From assembly GCA_964016885.1 (NCBI GenBank), contig OZ024740.1, positions 279,930,001 to 279,994,000 on the forward strand: DNA of 64,000 bases, written 5' to 3'. Below, piece after piece: positions 36,301-50,100 of the stretch. The notes under the pieces were generated by a model, which was given only the letters and a program-made list of their open reading frames with translations, ran no database searches and had not been told where the DNA came from. The position numbers and the translations under genes are program-made. The stretch is from Eledone cirrhosa. Its lineage: Eukaryota. Numbering within the stretch: the first letter of the stretch is position 1; each line of letters begins with the position of its first letter.

Positions 36301-37600
36301 AATTTCAAGAAAAGCTGCCCATGCTAAATGCGGAAGCTGAAGTCCAACAGCGAATGCTGTGCTTCGAAGAAACGAATCACAAAAATGCGAATTTGCCGGC
36401 GGAGTTACCTTTTCGATCGTGGGCCGGCCGCCCGTGGTCGGATCGATCTGTAATTACTGGTATATGTGCAGACACTCATTGGTCGTGTGTGGTGTGATTT
36501 TCAAGAAAAGCTGCCCATGCTAAATGCGGAAGCTGCAGTCCACCATCGAATGGTGTGCTTCGAAGAAACGAATCACAAAAATGCGAATTTGCCGGCGGAG
36601 TTACCTTTTCGATCGTGGGCCGGCCGCCTGTGGTCGGATCGATCTGTAATTACTGGTCCATGTGCAGACACACATTTGCTGTATGTGGTGTGATTTTCAA
36701 GAAAAGCTGCCCATGCTAAATGCGGAAGCTGAAGTCCGCCGGCGAATGGTGTGCTTCGAAGAAAACGAATCCAAAAATGACGATTTGCCGGCGGAGTTAC
36801 CTTTTCAATCGCGGGCCGGCCGCCCGTGCTCGGATCGATCTGTAATTACTGGTACATGTGCAGACACTCATTGGCTATGTGTGGCGTGAATTTCAGCAAG
36901 ATATCTCCGTAAATTCAATAGTTGTGGCTGTGGAACCAAACCGTGTTAAACGTCAACAAAGTCCGCCGGCGAATGGTGTGCTTCGAAGAAAACGAATCCA
37001 AAAATGACGATTTGCCGGCGGAGTTACCTTTTCAATCGCGGGCCGGCCGCCCGTGGTCGGATCGATCTGTAATTACTGGTACATGTGCAGACACTCATTG
37101 GCTATGTGCGGCGTGAATTTCAGCAAGATATCTCCGTAAAATCAATAGTTGTGGCTGTGGAACCAAACCGTGTTAAACGCCAACAAAGTCCGCCGGCGAA
37201 TGGTGTGCTTCGAAGAAAACGAATCCAAAAATGACGATTTGCCGGCGGAGTTACCTTTTCAATCGCGGGCCGGCCGCCCGTGGTCGGATCGATCTGTAAT
37301 TACTGGTACATGTGCAGACACTCATTGGCTATGTGTGGCGTGAATTTCAGCAAGATATCTCCGTAAAATCAATAGTTGTGGCTGTGGAACCAAACCGTGT
37401 TAAACGTCAACAAAGTCCGCCGGCGAATGGTGTGCTTCGAAGAAAACGAATCCAAAAATGACGATTTGCCGGCGGAGTTACCTTTTCAATCGCGGGCCGG
37501 CCGCCCGTGGTCGGATCGATCTGTAATTACTGGTACATGTGCAGACACTCATTGGCTATGGGTGGCGTGAATTTCAGCAAGATATCTCCGTAAATTCAAT
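30389..37600. repeat. Mixed A/B 9-monomer HOR (1950 bp = 3A+6B, or 1981 bp = 2A+7B)
   Basis: Island starts 30389, 32339, 34320 and 36270 give periods of 1950, 1981 and 1950 bp. The order of B variants (AACGCC, ACATCT, GCACAC, TTTAAAA, GTACTT) is conserved between units. Confidence 0.92.
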
Positions 37601-40600
37601 AGTTGTGGCTGTGGAACCAAACCGTGTTAAACGTCAACAAAGTCCGCCGGCGAATGGTGTGCTTCGAAGAAAACGAATCCAAAAATGACGATTTGCCGGC
37701 GGAGTTACCTTTAAAATCGCGGGCCGGCCGCCCGTGGTCGGATCGATCTGTAATTACTGGTACATGTGCAGACACTCATTGGCTATGTGCGGCGTGAATT
37801 CCAGCAAGATATCTCCGTAACATCAATAGTTGTGGCTGTGGAACCAAACAGTGTTAAACGTCAACAAAGTCCGCCGGCGAATGGTGTGCTTCGAAGAAAA
37901 CGAATCCAAAAATGACGATTTGCCGGCGGAGTTACCTTTTCAATCGCGGGCCGGCCGCCCGTGGTCGGATCGATCTGTAATTACTGGTACATGTGCAGAC
38001 ACTCATTGGCTATGTGCGGCGTGAATTTCAGCAAGATATCTCCGTAAAATCAATAGTTGTGGCTGTGGAACCAAACCGTGTTAAACGTCAACAAAGTCCG
38101 CCGGCGAATGGTGTGCTTCGAAGAAAACGAATCCAAAAATGACGATTTGCCGGCGGAGTTACCTTTTCAATCGCGGGCCGGCCACCCGTGGTCGGATCGA
38201 TCTGTAATTACTGGTACATGTGCAGACACTCATTGGCTATGTGTGGCGTGAATTTCAGCAAGATATCTCCGTAAATTCAATAGTTGTGGCTGTGGAACCA
38301 AACCGTGTTAAACGTCAACAAAGTCCGCCGGCGAATGGTGTGCTTCGAAGAAAACGAATCCAAAAATGACGATTTGCCGGCGGAGTTACCTTTTCAATCG
38401 CGGGCCGGCCGCCCGTGGTCGGATCGATCTGTAATTACTGGTACATGTGCAGACACTCATTGGCTATGTGTGGCGTGAATTTCAGCAAGATATCTCCGTA
38501 AATTCAATAGTTGTGGCTGTGGAACCAAACCGTGTTAAACGTCAACAAAGTCCGCCGGCGAATGGTGTGCTTCGAAGAAAACGAATCCAAAAATGACGAT
38601 TTGCCGGCGGAGTTACCTTTTCAATCGCGGGCCGGCCGCCCGTGGTCGGATCGATTTGTAATTACTGGTACATGTGCAGACACTCATTGGCTATGTGCGG
38701 CGTGAATTTCAGCAAGATATCTCCGTAAAATCAATAGTTGTGGCTGTGGAACCAAACCGTGTTAAACGTCAACAAAGTCCGCCGGCGAATGGTGTACTTC
38801 GAAGAAAACGAATCCAAAAATGACGATTTGCCGGCGGAGTTACCTTTTCAATCGCGGGCCGGCGGCCCGTGGTCGAATCGATCTGTAATTACTGGTACAT
38901 GTGCAGACACTCATTGGCTATGTGTGGCGTGAATTTCAAGAAAAGCTGCCCATGCTAAATGCGGAAGCTGAAGTCCACCAGCGAATGCTGTGCTTCGAAG
39001 AAACGAATCACAAAAATGCGAATTTGCCGGCGGAGTTACCTTTTCGATCGTGGGCCGGCCGCCCGTGGTCGGATCGATCTGTAATTACTGGTATATGTGC
39101 AGACACTCATTGGCTATGTGCGGCGTGAATTTCAGCAAGATATCTCCGTAAAATCAATAGTTGTGGCTGTGGAACCAAACCGTGTTAAACGTCAACAAAG
39201 TCCGCCGGCGAATGGTGTGCTTCGAAGAAAACGAATCCAAAAATGACGATTTGCCGGCGGAGTTACCTTTAAAATCGCGGGCCGGCCGCCCGTGGTCGGA
39301 TCGATCTGTAATTACTGGTACATGTGCAGACACTCATTGGCTATGTGCGGCGTGAATTCCAGCAAGATATCTCCGTAACATCAATAGTTGTGGCTGTGGA
39401 ACCAAACAGTGTTAAACGTCAACAAAGTCCGCCGGCGAATGGTGTGCTTCGAAGAAAACGAATCCAAAAATGACGATTTGCCGGCGGAGTTACCTTTTCA
39501 ATCGCGGGCCGGCCACCCGTGGTCGGATCGATCTGTAATTACTGGTACATGTGCAGACACTCATTGGCTATGTGTGGCGTGAATTTCAGCAAGATATCTC
39601 CGTAAAATCAATAGTTGTGGCTGTGGAACCAAACCGTGTTAAACGTCAACAAAGTCCGCCGGCGAATGGTGTGCTTCGAAGAAAACGAATCCAAAAATGA
39701 CGATTTGCCGGCGGAGTTACCTTTTCAATCGCGGGCCGGCCGCCCGTGGTCGGATCGATCTGTAATTACTGGTACATGTGCAGACACTCATTGGCTATGT
39801 GCGGCGTGAATTTCAGCAAGATATCTCCGTAAAATCAATAGTTGTGGCTGTGGAACCAAACCGTGTTAAACGTCAACAAAGTCCGCCGGCGAATGGTGTG
39901 CTTCGAAGAAAACGAATCCAAAAATGACGATTTGCCGGCGGAGTTACCTTTTCAATCGCGGGCCGGCCACCCGTGGTCGGATCGATCTGTAATTACTGGT
40001 ACATGTGCAGACACTCATTGGCTATGTGTGGCGTGAATTTCAGCAAGATATCTCCGTAAATTCAATAGTTGTGGCTGTGGAACCAAACCGTGTTAAACGT
40101 CAACAAAGTCCGCCGGCGAATGGTGTGCTTCGAAGAAAACGAATCCAAAAATGACGATTTGCCGGCGGAGTTACCTTTTCAATCGCGGGCCGGCCGCCCG
40201 TGGTCGGATCGATCTGTAATTACTGGTACATGTGCAGACACTCATTGGCTATGTGTGGCGTGAATTTCAGCAAGATATCTCCGTAAATTCAATAGTTGTG
40301 GCTGTGGAACCAAACCGTGTTAAACGTCAACAAAGTCCGCCGGCGAATGGTGTGCTTCGAAGAAAACGAATCCAAAAATGACGATTTGCCGGCGGAGTTA
40401 CCTTTAAAATCGCGGGCCGGCCGCCCGTGGTCGGATCGATCTGTAATTACTGGTACATGTGCAGACACTCATTGGCTATGTGCGGCGTGAATTCTAGCAA
40501 GATATCTCCGTAACATCAATAGTTGTGGCTGTGGAACCAAACCGTGTTAAACGTCAACAAAGTCCGCCGGCGAATGGTGTACTTCGAAGAAAACGAATCC

Positions 40601-43600
40601 AAAAATGACGATTTGCCGGCGGAGTTACCTTTTCAATCGCGGGCCGGCGGCCCGTGGTCGAATCGATCTGTAATTACTGGTACATGTGCAGACACTCATT
40701 GGCTATGTGTGGCGTGAATTTCAAGAAAAGCTGCCCATGCTAAATGCGGAAGCTGCAGTCCACCATCGAATGGTGTGCTTCGAAGAAACGAATCACAAAA
40801 ATGCGAATTTGCCGGCGGAGTTACCTTTTCGATCGTGGGCCGGCCGCCTGTGGTCGGATCGATCTGTAATTACTGGTCCATGTGCAGACACACATTTGCT
40901 GTATGTGGTGTGATTTTCAAGAAAAGCTGCCCATGCTAAATGCGGAAGCTGAAGTCCGCCGGCGAATGGTGTGCTTCGAAGAAAACGAATCCAAAAATGA
41001 CGATTTGCCGGCGGAGTTACCTTTTCAATCGCGGGCCGGCCGCCCGTGCTCGGATCGATCTGTAATTACTGGTACATGTGCAGACACTCATTGGCTATGC
41101 GTGGCGTGAATTTCAGCAAGATATCTCCGTAAATTCAATAGTTGTGGCTGTGGAACCAAACCGTGTTAAACGTCAACAAAGTCCGCCGGCGAATGGTGTG
41201 CTTCGAAGAAAACGAATCCAAAAATGACGATTTGCCGGCGGAGTTACCTTTTCAATCGCGGGCCGGCCGCCCGTGGTCGGATCGATCTGTAATTACTGGT
41301 ACATGTGCAGACACTCATTGGCTATGTGTGGCGTGAATTTCAGCAAGATATCTCCGTAAATTCAATAGTTGTGGCTGTGGAACCAAACCGTGTTAAACGT
41401 CAACAAAGTCCGCCGGCGAATGGTGTGCTTCGAAGAAAACGAATCCAAAAATGACGATTTGCCGGCGGAGTTACCTTTTCAATCGCGGGCCGGCCGCCCG
41501 TGGTCGGATCGATCTGTAATTACTGGTACATGTGCAGACACTCATTGGCTATGTGCGGCGTGAATTTCAGCAAGATATCTCCGTAAAATCAATAGTTGTG
41601 GCTGTGGAACCAAACCGTGTTAAACGCCAACAAAGTCCGCCGGCGAATGGTGTGCTTCGAAGAAAACGAATCCAAAAATGACGATTTGCCGGCGGAGTTA
41701 CCTTTTCAATCGCGGGCCGGCCGCCCGTGGTCGGATCGATCTGTAATTACTGGTACATGTGCAGACACTCATTGGCTATGTGTGGCGTGAATTTCAGCAA
41801 GATATCTCCGTAAAATCAATAGTTGTGGCTGTGGAACCAAACCGTGTTAAACGTCAACAAAGTCCGCCGGCGAATGGTGTGCTTCGAAGAAAACGAATCC
41901 AAAAATGACGATTTGCCGGCGGAGTTACCTTTTCAATCGCGGGCCGGCCGCCCGTGGTCGGATCGATCTGTAATTACTGGTACATCTGCAGACACTCATT
42001 GGCTATGTGTGGCGTGAATTTCAGCAAGATATCTCCGTAAATTCAATAGTTGTGGCTGTGGAACCAAACCGTGTTAAACGTCAACAAAGTCCGCCGGCGA
42101 ATGGTGTGCTTCGAAGAAAACGAATCCAAAAATGACGATTTGCCGGCGGAGTTACCTTTTCAATCGCGGGCCGGCCGCCCGTGGTCGGATCGATCTGTAA
42201 TTACTGGTACATGTGCACACACTCATTGGCTATGTGCGGCGTGAATTTCAGCAAGATATCTCCGTAAAATCAATAGTTGTGGCTGTGGAACCAAACCGTG
42301 TTAAACGTCAACAAAGTCCGCCGGCGAATGGTGTGCTTCGAAGAAAACGAATCCAAAAATGACGATTTGCCGGCGGAGTTACCTTTAAAATCGCGGGCCG
42401 GCCGCCCGTGGTCGGATCGATCTGTAATTACTGGTACATGTGCAGACACTCATTGGCTATGTGCGGCGTGAATTCTAGCAAGATATCTCCGTAACATCAA
42501 TAGTTGTGGCTGTGGAACCAAACCGTGTTAAACGTCAACAAAGTCCGCCGGCGAATGGTGTACTTCGAAGAAAACGAATCCAAAAATGACGATTTGCCGG
42601 CGGAGTTACCTTTTCAATCGCGGGCCGGCGGCCCGTGGTCGAATCGATCTGTAATTACTGGTACATGTGCAGACACTCATTGGCTATGTGTGGCGTGAAT
42701 TTCAAGAAAAGCTGCCCATGCTAAATGCGGAAGCTGAAGTCCAACAGCGAATGCTGTGCTTCGAAGAAACGAATCACAAAAATGCGAATTTGCCGGCGGA
42801 GTTACCTTTTCGATCGTGGGCCGGCCGCCCGTGGTCGGATCGATCTGTAATTACTGGTATATGTGCAGACACTCATTGGTCGTGTGTGGTGTGATTTTCA
42901 AGAAAAGCTGCCCATGCTAAATGCGGAAGCTGCAGTCCACCATCGAATGGTGTGCTTCGAAGAAACGAATCACAAAAATGCGAATTTGCCGGCGGAGTTA
43001 CCTTTTCGATCGTGGGCCGGCCGCCTGTGGTCGGATCGATCTGTAATTACTGGTCCATGTGCAGACACACATTTGCTGTATGTGGTGTGATTTTCAAGAA
43101 AAGCTGCCCATGCTAAATGCGGAAGCTGAAGTCCGCCGGCGAATGGTGTGCTTCGAAGAAAACGAATCCAAAAATGACGATTTGCCGGCGGAGTTACCTT
43201 TTCAATCGCGGGCCGGCCGCCCGTGCTCGGATCGATCTGTAATTACTGGTACATGTGCAGACACTCATTGGCTATGTGTGGCGTGAATTTCAGCAAGATA
43301 TCTCCGTAAATTCAATAGTTGTGGCTGTGGAACCAAACCGTGTTAAACGTCAACAAAGTCCGCCGGCGAATGGTGTGCTTCGAAGAAAACGAATCCAAAA
43401 ATGACGATTTGCCGGCGGAGTTACCTTTTCAATCGCGGGCCGGCCGCCCGTGGTCGGATCGATCTGTAATTACTGGTACATGTGCAGACACTCATTGGCT
43501 ATGTGCGGCGTGAATTTCAGCAAGATATCTCCGTAAAATCAATAGTTGTGGCTGTGGAACCAAACCGTGTTAAACGCCAACAAAGTCCGCCGGCGAATGG

Positions 43601-46600
43601 TGTGCTTCGAAGAAAACGAATCCAAAAATGACGATTTGCCGGCGGAGTTACCTTTTCAATCGCGGGCCGGCCGCCCGTGGTCGGATCGATCTGTAATTAC
43701 TGGTACATGTGCAGACACTCATTGGCTATGTGTGGCGTGAATTTCAGCAAGATATCTCCGTAAAATCAATAGTTGTGGCTGTGGAACCAAACCGTGTTAA
43801 ACGTCAACAAAGTCTGCCGGCGAATGGTGTGCTTCGAAGAAAACGAATCCAAAAATGACGATTTGCCGGCGGAGTTACCTTTTCAATCGCGGGCCGGCCG
43901 CCCGTGGTCGGATCGATCTGTAATTACTGGTACATCTGCAGACACTCATTGGCTATGTGTGGCGTGAATTTCAGCAAGATATCTCCGTAAATTCAATAGT
44001 TGTGGCTGTGGAACCAAACCGTGTTAAACGTCAACAAAGTCCGCCGGCGAATGGTGTGCTTCGAAGAAAACGAATCCAAAAATGACGATTTGCCGGCGGA
44101 GTTACCTTTTCAATCGCGGGCCGGCCGCCCGTGGTCGGATCGATCTGTAATTACTGGTACATGTGCACACACTCATTGGCTATGTGCGGCGTGAATTTCA
44201 GCAAGATATCTCCGTAAAATCAATAGTTGTGGCTGTGGAACCAAACCGTGTTAAACGTCAACAAAGTCCGCCGGCGAATGGTGTGCTTCGAAGAAAACGA
44301 ATCCAAAAATGACGATTTGCCGGCGGAGTTACCTTTAAAATCGCGGGCCGGCCGCCCGTGGTCGGATCGATCTGTAATTACTGGTACATGTGCAGACACT
44401 CATTGGCTATGTGCGGCGTGAATTCTAGCAAGATATCTCCGTAACATCAATAGTTGTGGCTGTGGAACCAAACCGTGTTAAACGTCAACAAAGTCCGCCG
44501 GCGAATGGTGTACTTCGAAGAAAACGAATCCAAAAATGACGATTTGCCGGCGGAGTTACCTTTTCAATCGCGGGCCGGCGGCCCGTGGTCGAATCGATCT
44601 GTAATTACTGGTACATGTGCAGACACTCATTGGCTATGTGTGGCGTGAATTTCAAGAAAAGCTGCCCATGCTAAATGCGGAAGCTGAAGTCCAACAGCGA
44701 ATGCTGTGCTTCGAAGAAACGAATCACAAAAATGCGAATTTGCCGGCGGAGTTACCTTTTCGATCGTGGGCCGGCCGCCCGTGGTCGGATCGATCTGTAA
44801 TTACTGGTATATGTGCAGACACTCATTGGTCGTGTGTGGTGTGATTTTCAAGAAAAGCTGCCCATGCTAAATGCGGAAGCTGCAGTCCACCATCGAATGG
44901 TGTGCTTCGAAGAAACGAATCACAAAAATGCGAATTTGCCGGCGGAGTTACCTTTTCGATCGTGGGCCGGCCGCCTGTGGTCGGATCGATCTGTAATTAC
45001 TGGTCCATGTGCAGACACACATTTGCTGTATGTGGTGTGATTTTCAAGAAAAGCTGCCCATGCTAAATGCGGAAGCTGAAGTCCGCCGGCGAATGGTGTG
45101 CTTCGAAGAAAACGAATCCAAAAATGACGATTTGCCGGCGGAGTTACCTTTTCAATCGCGGGCCGGCCGCCCGTGCTCGGATCGATCTGTAATTACTGGT
45201 ACATGTGCAGACACTCATTGGCTATGTGTGGCGTGAATTTCAGCAAGATATCTCCGTAAATTCAATAGTTGTGGCTGTGGAACCAAACCGTGTTAAACGT
45301 CAACAAAGTCCGCCGGCGAATGGTGTGCTTCGAAGAAAACGAATCCAAAAATGACGATTTGCCGGCGGAGTTACCTTTTCAATCGCGGGCCGGCCGCCCG
45401 TGGTCGGATCGATCTGTAATTACTGGTACATGTGCAGACACTCATTGGCTATGTGCGGCGTGAATTTCAGCAAGATATCTCCGTAAAATCAATAGTTGTG
45501 GCTGTGGAACCAAACCGTGTTAAACGCCAACAAAGTCCGCCGGCGAATGGTGTGCTTCGAAGAAAACGAATCCAAAAATGACGATTTGCCGGCGGAGTTA
45601 CCTTTTCAATCGCGGGCCGGCCGCCCGTGGTCGGATCGATCTGTAATTACTGGTACATGTGCAGACACTCATTGGCTATGTGTGGCGTGAATTTCAGCAA
45701 GATATCTCCGTAAAATCAATAGTTGTGGCTGTGGAACCAAACCGTGTTAAACGTCAACAAAGTCCGCCGGCGAATGGTGTGCTTCGAAGAAAACGAATCC
45801 AAAAATGACGATTTGCCGGCGGAGTTACCTTTTCAATCGCGGGCCGGCCGCCCGTGGTCGGATCGATCTGTAATTACTGGTACATGTGCAGACACTCATT
45901 GGCTATGGGTGGCGTGAATTTCAGCAAGATATCTCCGTAAATTCAATAGTTGTGGCTGTGGAACCAAACCGTGTTAAACGTCAACAAAGTCCGCCGGCGA
46001 ATGGTGTGCTTCGAAGAAAACGAATCCAAAAATGACGATTTGCCGGCGGAGTTACCTTTAAAATCGCGGGCCGGCCGCCCGTGGTCGGATCGATCTGTAA
46101 TTACTGGTACATGTGCAGACACTCATTGGCTATGTGCGGCGTGAATTCCAGCAAGATATCTCCGTAACATCAATAGTTGTGGCTGTGGAACCAAACAGTG
46201 TTAAACGTCAACAAAGTCCGCCGGCGAATGGTGTGCTTCGAAGAAAACGAATCCAAAAATGACGATTTGCCGGCGGAGTTACCTTTTCAATCGCGGGCCG
46301 GCCGCCCGTGGTCGGATCGATCTGTAATTACTGGTACATGTGCAGACACTCATTGGCTATGTGCGGCGTGAATTTCAGCAAGATATCTCCGTAAAATCAA
46401 TAGTTGTGGCTGTGGAACCAAACCGTGTTAAACGTCAACAAAGTCCGCCGGCGAATGGTGTGCTTCGAAGAAAACGAATCCAAAAATGACGATTTGCCGG
46501 CGGAGTTACCTTTTCAATCGCGGGCCGGCCACCCGTGGTCGGATCGATCTGTAATTACTGGTACATGTGCAGACACTCATTGGCTATGTGTGGCGTGAAT

Positions 46601-48130
46601 TTCAGCAAGATATCTCCGTAAATTCAATAGTTGTGGCTGTGGAACCAAACCGTGTTAAACGTCAACAAAGTCCGCCGGCGAATGGTGTGCTTCGAAGAAA
46701 ACGAATCCAAAAATGACGATTTGCCGGCGGAGTTACCTTTTCAATCGCGGGCCGGCCGCCCGTGGTCGGATCGATCTGTAATTACTGGTACATGTGCAGA
46801 CACTCATTGGCTATGTGTGGCGTGAATTTCAGCAAGATATCTCCGTAAATTCAATAGTTGTGGCTGTGGAACCAAACCGTGTTAAACGTCAACAAAGTCC
46901 GCCGGCGAATGGTGTGCTTCGAAGAAAACGAATCCAAAAATGACGATTTGCCGGCGGAGTTACCTTTTCAATCGCGGGCCGGCCGCCCGTGGTCGGATCG
47001 ATTTGTAATTACTGGTACATGTGCAGACACTCATTGGCTATGTGCGGCGTGAATTTCAGCAAGATATCTCCGTAAAATCAATAGTTGTGGCTGTGGAACC
47101 AAACCGTGTTAAACGTCAACAAAGTCCGCCGGCGAATGGTGTACTTCGAAGAAAACGAATCCAAAAATGACGATTTGCCGGCGGAGTTACCTTTTCAATC
47201 GCGGGCCGGCGGCCCGTGGTCGAATCGATCTGTAATTACTGGTACATGTGCAGACACTCATTGGCTATGTGTGGCGTGAATTTCAAGAAAAGCTGCCCAT
47301 GCTAAATGCGGAAGCTGAAGTCCACCAGCGAATGCTGTGCTTCGAAGAAACGAATCACAAAAATGCGAATTTGCCGGCGGAGTTACCTTTTCGATCGTGG
47401 GCCGGCCGCCCGTGGTCGGATCGATCTGTAATTACTGGTATATGTGCAGACACTCATTGGCTATGTGCGGCGTGAATTTCAGCAAGATATCTCCGTAAAA
47501 TCAATAGTTGTGGCTGTGGAACCAAACCGTGTTAAACGTCAACAAAGTCCGCCGGCGAATGGTGTGCTTCGAAGAAAACGAATCCAAAAATGACGATTTG
47601 CCGGCGGAGTTACCTTTAAAATCGCGGGCCGGCCGCCCGTGGTCGGATCGATCTGTAATTACTGGTACATGTGCAGACACTCATTGGCTATGTGCGGCGT
47701 GAATTCCAGCAAGATATCTCCGTAACATCAATAGTTGTGGCTGTGGAACCAAACAGTGTTAAACGTCAACAAAGTCCGCCGGCGAATGGTGTGCTTCGAA
47801 GAAAACGAATCCAAAAATGACGATTTGCCGGCGGAGTTACCTTTTCAATCGCGGGCCGGCCACCCGTGGTCGGATCGATCTGTAATTACTGGTACATGTG
47901 CAGACACTCATTGGCTATGTGTGGCGTGAATTTCAGCAAGATATCTCCGTAAAATCAATAGTTGTGGCTGTGGAACCAAACCGTGTTAAACGTCAACAAA
48001 GTCCGCCGGCGAATGGTGTGCTTCGAAGAAAACGAATCCAAAAATGACGATTTGCCGGCGGAGTTACCTTTTCAATCGCGGGCCGGCCGCCCGTGGTCGG
48101 ATCGATCTGTAATTACTGGTACATGTGCAG
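31920..48130. repeat. Tandem segmental duplication, period 8347 bp (38 monomers: 9A+29B), about 2 copies
   Basis: Island pairs 32339/40686, 34320/42667, 36270/44617, 38901/47248. Otherwise unique SNPs GTCTGCCGG (ORFs 35426/43773), CTATGGGTGG (37376/45723) and CTATGCGTGG recur at exactly 8347 bp. Confidence 0.93.
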
Positions 48131-50100
48131 ACACTCATTGGCTATGTGTGGCGTGAATTTCAGCAAGATATCTCCGTAAATTCAATAGTTGTGGCTGTGG
48201 AACCAAACCGTGTTAAACGTCAACAAAGTCCGCCGGCGAATGGTGTGCTTCGAAGAAAACGAATCCAAAAATGACGATTTGCCGGCGGAGTTACCTTTAA
48301 AATCGCGGGCCGGCCGCCCGTGGTCGGATCGATCTGTAATTACTGGTACATGTGCAGACACTCATTGGCTATGTGCGGCGTGAATTCCAGCAAGATATCT
48401 CCGTAACATCAATAGTTGTGGCTGTGGAACCAAACAGTGTTAAACGTCAACAAAGTCCGCCGGCGAATGGTGTGCTTCGAAGAAAACGAATCCAAAAATG
48501 ACGATTTGCCGGCGGAGTTACCTTTTCAATCGCGGGCCGGCCGCCCGTGGTCGGATCGATCTGTAATTACTGGTACATGTGCAGACACTCATTGGCTATG
48601 TGCGGCGTGAATTTCAGCAAGATATCTCCGTAAAATCAATAGTTGTGGCTGTGGAACCAAACCGTGTTAAACGTCAACAAAGTCCGCCGGCGAATGGTGT
48701 GCTTCGAAGAAAACGAATCCAAAAATGACGATTTGCCGGCGGAGTTACCTTTTCAATCGCGGGCCGGCCACCCGTGGTCGGATCGATCTGTAATTACTGG
48801 TACATGTGCAGACACTCATTGGCTATGTGTGGCGTGAATTTCAGCAAGATATCTCCGTAAATTCAATAGTTGTGGCTGTGGAACCAAACCGTGTTAAACG
48901 TCAACAAAGTCCGCCGGCGAATGGTGTGCTTCGAAGAAAACGAATCCAAAAATGACGATTTGCCGGCGGAGTTACCTTTTCAATCGCGGGCCGGCCGCCC
49001 GTGGTCGGATCGATCTGTAATTACTGGTACATGTGCAGACACTCATTGGCTATGTGTGGCGTGAATTTCAGCAAGATATCTCCGTAAATTCAATAGTTGT
49101 GGCTGTGGAACCAAACCGTGTTAAACGTCAACAAAGTCCGCCGGCGAATGGTGTGCTTCGAAGAAAACGAATCCAAAAATGACGATTTGCCGGCGGAGTT
49201 ACCTTTTCAATCGCGGGCCGGCCGCCCGTGGTCGGATCGATTTGTAATTACTGGTACATGTGCAGACACTCATTGGCTATGTGCGGCGTGAATTTCAGCA
49301 AGATATCTCCGTAAAATCAATAGTTGTGGCTGTGGAACCAAACCGTGTTAAACGTCAACAAAGTCCGCCGGCGAATGGTGTACTTCGAAGAAAACGAATC
49401 CAAAAATGACGATTTGCCGGCGGAGTTACCTTTTCAATCGCGGGCCGGCGGCCCGTGGTCGAATCGATCTGTAATTACTGGTACATGTGCAGACACTCAT
49501 TGGCTATGTGTGGCGTGAATTTCAAGAAAAGCTGCCCATGCTAAATGCGGAAGCTGAAGTCCACCAGCGAATGCTGTGCTTCGAAGAAACGAATCACAAA
49601 AATGCGAATTTGCCGGCGGAGTTACCTTTTCGATCGTGGGCCGGCCGCCCGTGGTCGGATCGATCTGTAATTACTGGTATATGTGCAGACACTCATTGGC
49701 TATGTGCGGCGTGAATTTCAGCAAGATATCTCCGTAAAATCAATAGTTGTGGCTGTGGAACCAAACCGTGTTAAACGTCAACAAAGTCCGCCGGCGAATG
49801 GTGTGCTTCGAAGAAAACGAATCCAAAAATGACGATTTGCCGGCGGAGTTACCTTTAAAATCGCGGGCCGGCCGCCCGTGGTCGGATCGATCTGTAATTA
49901 CTGGTACATGTGCAGACACTCATTGGCTATGTGCGGCGTGAATTCCAGCAAGATATCTCCGTAACATCAATAGTTGTGGCTGTGGAACCAAACAGTGTTA
50001 AACGTCAACAAAGTCCGCCGGCGAATGGTGTGCTTCGAAGAAAACGAATCCAAAAATGACGATTTGCCGGCGGAGTTACCTTTTCAATCGCGGGCCGGCC
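45720..50100. repeat. Local HOR, period 2239 bp (9B+1A), about 2 copies
   Basis: ORF pairs 45950/48189, 46404/48643, 46858/49097, 47248/49487. Confidence 0.85.
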